A stretch of 63,954 bases of DNA, counting the filler, from Licmophora abbreviata (Eukaryota): the NCBI GenBank assembly GCA_900291995.1. It is 8 parts of 8 records of this genome, joined end to end, with 100 filler letters (N's around TTAATTAATTAA, not from the genome) between each part and the next. Parts side by side here need not be neighbours in the genome. Positions count along the whole stretch, not along the records: positions 55,071 to 60,561 come from OLMU01004191.1; positions 60,662 to 63,954 come from OLMU01004192.1; 6 more parts are not named here. One strand, written 5' to 3'. Of the stretch, positions 59,388 through 63,954 are shown one piece after another. Numbering within the stretch: position 1 is the stretch's first letter; each line of letters begins with the position of its first letter. Under the pieces are notes generated by a model. It had not been told where the DNA came from, searched no databases, and worked only from the letters and a program-made list of their open reading frames with translations. Both the position numbers and the translations under genes were made by a program.

Positions 59388-60126
59388 GGAGTATGCTCAT
59401 GCCACTTTGGAGTGTTTGGTAAATGGTCGGTGCCACAAGATAGTCTTCTTCTAGAAACAAAAAGGCATCGTAGGATGGACCATGATCATCGCCACTACTC
59501 CTAGCGCCACCAAACTTGTCCACCACGGTTCGTAGCATCCATGTAAAGTGATGCTTGGCACAGGACACTGATGCACTACTACTACTTGTGGTGGTAGTGT
59601 CTTTACGACGACACAGATTTGCAAACGGATGAATCAGTTCCTGCAGGACGATATTCGGATAGTGTCGTCGGACTGTCATGAGGACATCTTTCATGGCTCT
59701 TACGCTGTCGGTGCCATCGTGAGAAATAATAATGGTTGGCCGCGGATTCTGCTGTACAAGGAAATCAGAAGACTGCAACAGACTGTCAAGGATGCTCTGA
59801 CGAAAGTAGTCGACGCGGTCGTGCACCAGGTAGACGACGGGGATGCTGTAGGAGGTAGTAGTAGTAGTAGCAGCAGTCTGAGGATGATACACGGTGGTTC
59901 GAATAATGATTGCAAAAACAAGGACAAGAACTAGGAAACACCCGGTGGCCAAGACAATCCATCGTGTAGGAAGGGTGAAGGCTTGTGTATGCAGTCGGTG
60001 ATGCGGACGATGCAGTGATGAAGGCGAACGACGACGCCGATGAGAGCGTTGTGGCTCTTGTTCCTCGCGAGCAGCAGCGCCAGTCGCAGGTCGTCTATGC
60101 TGCAGGACGAATGATGACGAATCCAT
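58807..60126 (-). CDS. MGAT2: GT16-like beta-1,2-N-acetylglucosaminyltransferase II
   Basis: Type II TM; VHDRVDYF, ISHDG, KHHFTW, FLEEDY, CTYNDYNWDWSL and HIGSTGMH. Confidence 0.85.
59350..59388. repeat. (TTG)13 microsatellite encoding polyQ in the MGAT2-like gene
   Basis: Uninterrupted ttg run. Confidence 0.9.
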
Positions 60127-60561
60127 GGTTCCTGTAGCGGTACATTTTAGTGCAAACGATTTTCAATTTACTAGGAGTATGACAAGGTTATGGGCTACTG
60201 GGGGGAATGGTGATACATTGCCTCGCGGCGAGCGTGGCTTCCTCCCCCCGTTGGGTGACGTGGACGGAGTGGGGACGGCGCGTGTATCATATGTGTAGCG
60301 CAAGGTACCAGTGACTCTGTAGAAAGTTGTTGTGGGATATATTGAAGGGATACACGTCGGTGTATAGAGGATCGAGTAGTACAATGGCGTAGGAAGACAG
60401 GTTATGAACGTGAGGGCAGATAATTCATAAACGATACAAAACGTCTTCGTTTGATGTACTATGATGGCAAACTAACTGAGAAAGAATCTAATTTCTTCCG
60501 GTCAGAAACCAAAGAAGATGACTTGCAATTGCAAACTGATCTTTTTCAATATGAAACACAA

Positions 60562-60661
60562 NNNNNNNNNNNNNNNNNNNNNNNNNNNNNNNNNNNNNNN
60601 NNNNNTTAATTAATTAANNNNNNNNNNNNNNNNNNNNNNNNNNNNNNNNNNNNNNNNNNNN
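60562..60661. other. Assembly gap linker (artefact)
   Basis: N44-TTAATTAATTAA-N44. Confidence 0.98.
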
Positions 60662-60709
60662 AATTTTGTCGATCTCCAACGAAGAGCATATTTTCATATT
60701 TTCTGCCAT

Positions 60710-61131
60710 AGTGCTACTTTCCATTTCGATAGACTCTCATACCTTTGGGGAGTGCTTGTCGCTAACCCGAAGCATTCGGCTACTGTGAGCGTAATGAGAA
60801 AACCAAGCTCTATGCCGCCCGACACAGGCAGTTATGAGAGCACCGTTAGACGGGGGCGACAGCCAGCTGCGGCGGGCCGTGTAGACTTCGTAGGAAAGGG
60901 CATCCGTTAGACAAGCCTAATAAAGACCTGTAAGTAATTCTCCATATTCCACCGTAGTCTAGAGTGTTCTTGTACACGGCCGTGTGCCGGCGGTTGGCAC
61001 CGCTTTTCTCGTTTTCTTCCCGACGGTCCGTCGCACAGACGGCGCTGCTGCACTCGGGTTGGGTGAGTAGCCGTCGCAGGAGCTAATGAGTCTAGTCTTG
61101 CTGGAGTGGGAAACTAGGCTTTACTAGCGCT
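60710..61131 (+). ncRNA. Candidate structured non-coding RNA (family unidentified)
   Basis: ORF-free region with multiple nested long-range complementary stems containing G-U pairs on the + strand. Confidence 0.45.
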
Positions 61132-61972
61132 GGTGAATGTCTCGTCCTTAACCTTGCCTGACCTTGGGGACTTTCTCGAGTCCACCGTTCAAGTTACAAC
61201 TGAAGTCCTACATACGAAAAAATGCGTTGATTCTGGTACATTGCAAGTCAGCCCGCAGATACACGCAATGATGCCCGTCACGAAGACATTTCGAATAGGA
61301 TACATAAATACAGACATATATGACGTTTAATGATGCTATACCGCCTCACTCAAGGTTCTTGTGAACATGCGTCTCATGAGAATGAGGAGGAGCGGCGATG
61401 AAATCAAATTTCAAAATGAAAATGAGGCCGTCCGACAGCTTCCTAGCAATCGAAAAAGGGCCCCACAGACAAAGTCTATTTGTGTCGGATCGAGCCTAAA
61501 TCAGAAAGAGCGATATTCCTCCGCACCTTTGAGATATGCCACCGCGGAGTCGACAAGAAGACGGACGGATGAGGTGCCCGGAGAGGAGCAGGCATCAGCC
61601 ATTTCGCAAGAGTAGTCTGTCACGATTCTGTGGAGTTGTTTCGAAATATGGATGACTTGCCTTACACACGCACACATAGGCGCATGCACGTCTGTCGTCT
61701 CCCTTTGATCCATGATGAGAACTCGCTGCACATCTGCGAGTCCCATCAGGACTGACAACCCGTCCGCATCAAACGAACGACTCCATCTCATCATTTGCGC
61801 CGACGAAGCTACTCGAATCGAAACGTCTCCATTCGACAACACCAAAAAAGAAATCGATCGATTGCGATGGTCTCACAAATTCATTCTGAACCTCGTCGGA
61901 TATTGCATCGTTCATACTACCGCCACAGACTCTGTGTTGCTTTTTCATCGCTGCTGTGTCATCATCTTCATC

Positions 61973-63954
61973 ATGTTTCCTCGTCATCATCATTCGACGA
62001 CTGCTCATTGGCTTTCTATCCTCTTTGCCCTTTTGGGTTTGGTGTGTGCTGGTGCCGCGACTACGTTGATCTTGAAACTGGTTGTCGCCCCTCCTCTTCC
62101 TCCCATAGCTACAGTGACTGTGGACTACTACGATGTGTACCAAGAAGACATTGGAGATTCCTTGTTGTTGCTGTCGGAGGAAACCGAGGACACAATTGAT
62201 TGGGAGGAGTTAGCAGTTGGTATGAGAATGGTGGATTCTTCTGACAGTGTTCCTAGTACTACTCAACAGCAACTTCTTCGGGGGCGTCGACTCGCCGAAA
62301 TTGTCAATGGAGATACAATGGTGAGTTTTTGTGTCTCGTACTTTTCATGCGCTGATGAATTTTCATGCCTTGATGATCCCAAGCATAAACTCGTCACATG
62401 TCTCACACCATGTTGTTACCATTGCTCTCTCGCGCTCGTACTTTGTACACCAACGATACAGGTCTCTTCGCCGCCCCCGACCATGACACCCTCCAGTGTG
62501 CTGTCCGAGGCTCCTTCCGCCGAGACAATCATTCACCTTGACCAGGATCCTGCCAAGGAACTTACATCAACTACCCCGTCGACAGCTGACGCCGATGACT
62601 CCAGCACCGTCCAAGCCACGGAAACCACCTTTGCCGTAGTCGCTGGTTTGGCTGGCAGCATCGTCGTCTGCTCGTTGCTATTGTACGGTTCCGATATACG
62701 CGATCGATACCTCCACGAGAAGTGGATGCGCACGCAGCAATTGCAAGACAATGCCAATATGCTGACTGATGACAATAGCAGTCAAAAGAGTTCGTGTCTG
62801 CGTCGTGGTGATGAAGATCAGAGCATGACTACGACGAGTGCAGCAAGCAGTGCCGAAAGTGGGTACTACATTCATGCGCGTGTCAGTCACGAGCTTGTCG
62901 AGTATCGTGGTGGTGGTCAAGAGCATAACATCTTGCCGCCCATGATTACTGACGGCAAGGCGCTGGTTGGTGAAGACTATGAAGAAACGGCACTCAAGGC
63001 GTTGGAGGCGGAGCCGCTCGACGACGTTTCTATTTCGCGTGTTTCGACCCTGACGACAAGTCTGGTGGAGGGCGGATACGGTGGCTATACCTCGTATGCG
63101 GACATTCAAGAGAAGATGGGTCGGTACGCGATTGAATCATCGTCGGAAGTCACCGAACTCTCGGACAACTACCGCGTGGGAGATGGTGCGGACCTGACAA
63201 CTTTGGTTGCCAAGGCGGCTGTGAAAGAGTCAGGCTTCCCAAGTGACGAGGAGCAGAGCGTTGATGCTTCGGTATGCAGCAGCCTCACCAACGGCAGCAA
63301 CGCGACGACTGCAACTCCTAAACTGCTCGGAGAACGCTGTCTCGAACGAAAGGGCACTTCCTCGCTGGAAGTTTCTCCTGACACGCCGCAAGATGACAGT
63401 AAAGCGCCCGAGGAGCGACAGGATGATGATTGCAAGCCTCACCTTCTTCGCCCGCGCCATGTCAAAGAGGACGACGAAGAGCTCTCTCAGTTGGAGCAGC
63501 TCATTGCTCACAGTCCCTTTGGAAACTTGTTCGGAACCCCGACCCCTCAAGTCAATATCGCACCCACCGACGACGAGAAGCGTGACGGGTCTAACAATGA
63601 GAAATCTGCACCTACAATTGGTGAGGATGAATCGTTTGTTCGTGACATTTACTTTGTCCCATGCACCGAAGGCAGTCCATCTTTAGGCCTGGACTTGTGT
63701 GACGCTATCTTTCTGGACGCTTGGGCTCGTATTACCTTTGTGGATCCAGCCAGTCCTCTTGTAGGACGCGTCTTCGTCGGGGACTCGATTCTCAGGGTCA
63801 ATGACTTCGACGCGATCGGTCGGTCGGGAAAATATGTGTTGGAGCTCATGAAAAGCACCCACGCGCACGTGGACGGTATTGACGAGTCTTCACTGGCGGG
63901 TTCCAACCTGACCAAGTTGACAGTCATGAGTATGGAATCGGATGGAGGATCTCT
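61973..63954 (+). CDS. Single-pass membrane protein with RRL motif and C-terminal PDZ-like domain; probable intron 62321-62461; 3' end outside the window
   Basis: Signal MFPRHHHSTTAHWLSILFALLGLVCAG, LRGRRL, TM FAVVAGLAGSIVVCSLLLYG and SLGL...VDPASPL..VFVGDSILRVND. Open to the window end, hence absent from the ORF track. Confidence 0.7.
   Translation, partial: MFPRHHHSTTAHWLSILFALLGLVCAGAATTLILKLVVAPPLPPIATVTVDYYDVYQEDIGDSLLLLSEETEDTIDWEELAVGMRMVDSSDSVPSTTQQQLLRGRRLAEIVNGDTMVSFCVSYFSCADEFSCLDDPKHKLVTCLTPCCYHCSLALVLCTPTIQVSSPPPTMTPSSVLSEAPSAETIIHLDQDPAKELTSTTPSTADADDSSTVQATETTFAVVAGLAGSIVVCSLLLYGSDIRDRYLHEKWMRTQQLQDNANMLTDDNSSQKSSCLRRGDEDQSMTTTSAASSAESGYYIHARVSHELVEYRGGGQEHNILPPMITDGKALVGEDYEETALKALEAEPLDDVSISRVSTLTTSLVEGGYGGYTSYADIQEKMGRYAIESSSEVTELSDNYRVGDGADLTTLVAKAAVKESGFPSDEEQSVDASVCSSLTNGSNATTATPKLLGERCLERKGTSSLEVSPDTPQDDSKAPEERQDDDCKPHLLRPRHVKEDDEELSQLEQLIAHSPFGNLFGTPTPQVNIAPTDDEKRDGSNNEKSAPTIGEDESFVRDIYFVPCTEGSPSLGLDLCDAIFLDAWARITFVDPASPLVGRVFVGDSILRVNDFDAIGRSGKYVLELMKSTHAHVDGIDESSLAGSNLTKLTVMSMESDGGS

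Noticed and set aside
60762..60768. Firm call of telomerase RNA from CTAACCC
   Set aside because: Only 7 nt, which is expected by chance; kept only as one hypothesis for the structured RNA
61084..61114. Hammerhead-like CTAATGAG...GAAAC
   Set aside because: The core deviates from CUGANGA and no convincing stems I and III were found
1..63954. Transposable elements, tRNA or rRNA genes
   Set aside because: No reverse transcriptase, integrase or transposase motifs, terminal repeats or tRNA/rRNA signatures recognised by eye; small elements could have been missed

Overview
Eukaryotic, intron-containing, gene-dense genomic DNA, almost certainly from a diatom. Evidence: frustulin acidic Cys-rich domains, ASAFAP-type bipartite plastid presequences, RXL propeptide motifs and diatom-type LRR proteins. 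Seven artificial 100-bp scaffold linkers (N44-TTAATTAATTAA-N44) are present and several split genes. About 33 protein-coding genes can be modelled. Housekeeping genes include UBA1, RPS10, phosphoserine phosphatase, FabI, a Nudix hydrolase, a DNMT3-like methyltransferase, an MGAT2-like transferase and a two-pore K+ channel. The first ~21 kb is rich in secreted/cell-wall genes. The most striking feature is a compact ~8.2-kb candidate nitrogen-salvage gene cluster at 44.1-52.3 kb. It contains an NCS2-like permease divergent from a biuret hydrolase (BiuH), an unknown ER protein divergent from a triuret hydrolase (TrtA), and a guanine/cytidine-deaminase-family domain fused to a 2OG-Fe(II) dioxygenase. 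Other highlights are a highly base-paired ~420-nt candidate ncRNA at 60.7-61.1 kb, an N-terminal pro-domain shared by a silaffin-like protein and an LRR protein, a one-LRR-per-exon gene, and a plastid thioredoxin reductase lacking NADPH-binding motifs. All family assignments come from motif recognition by eye; no database searches were run.
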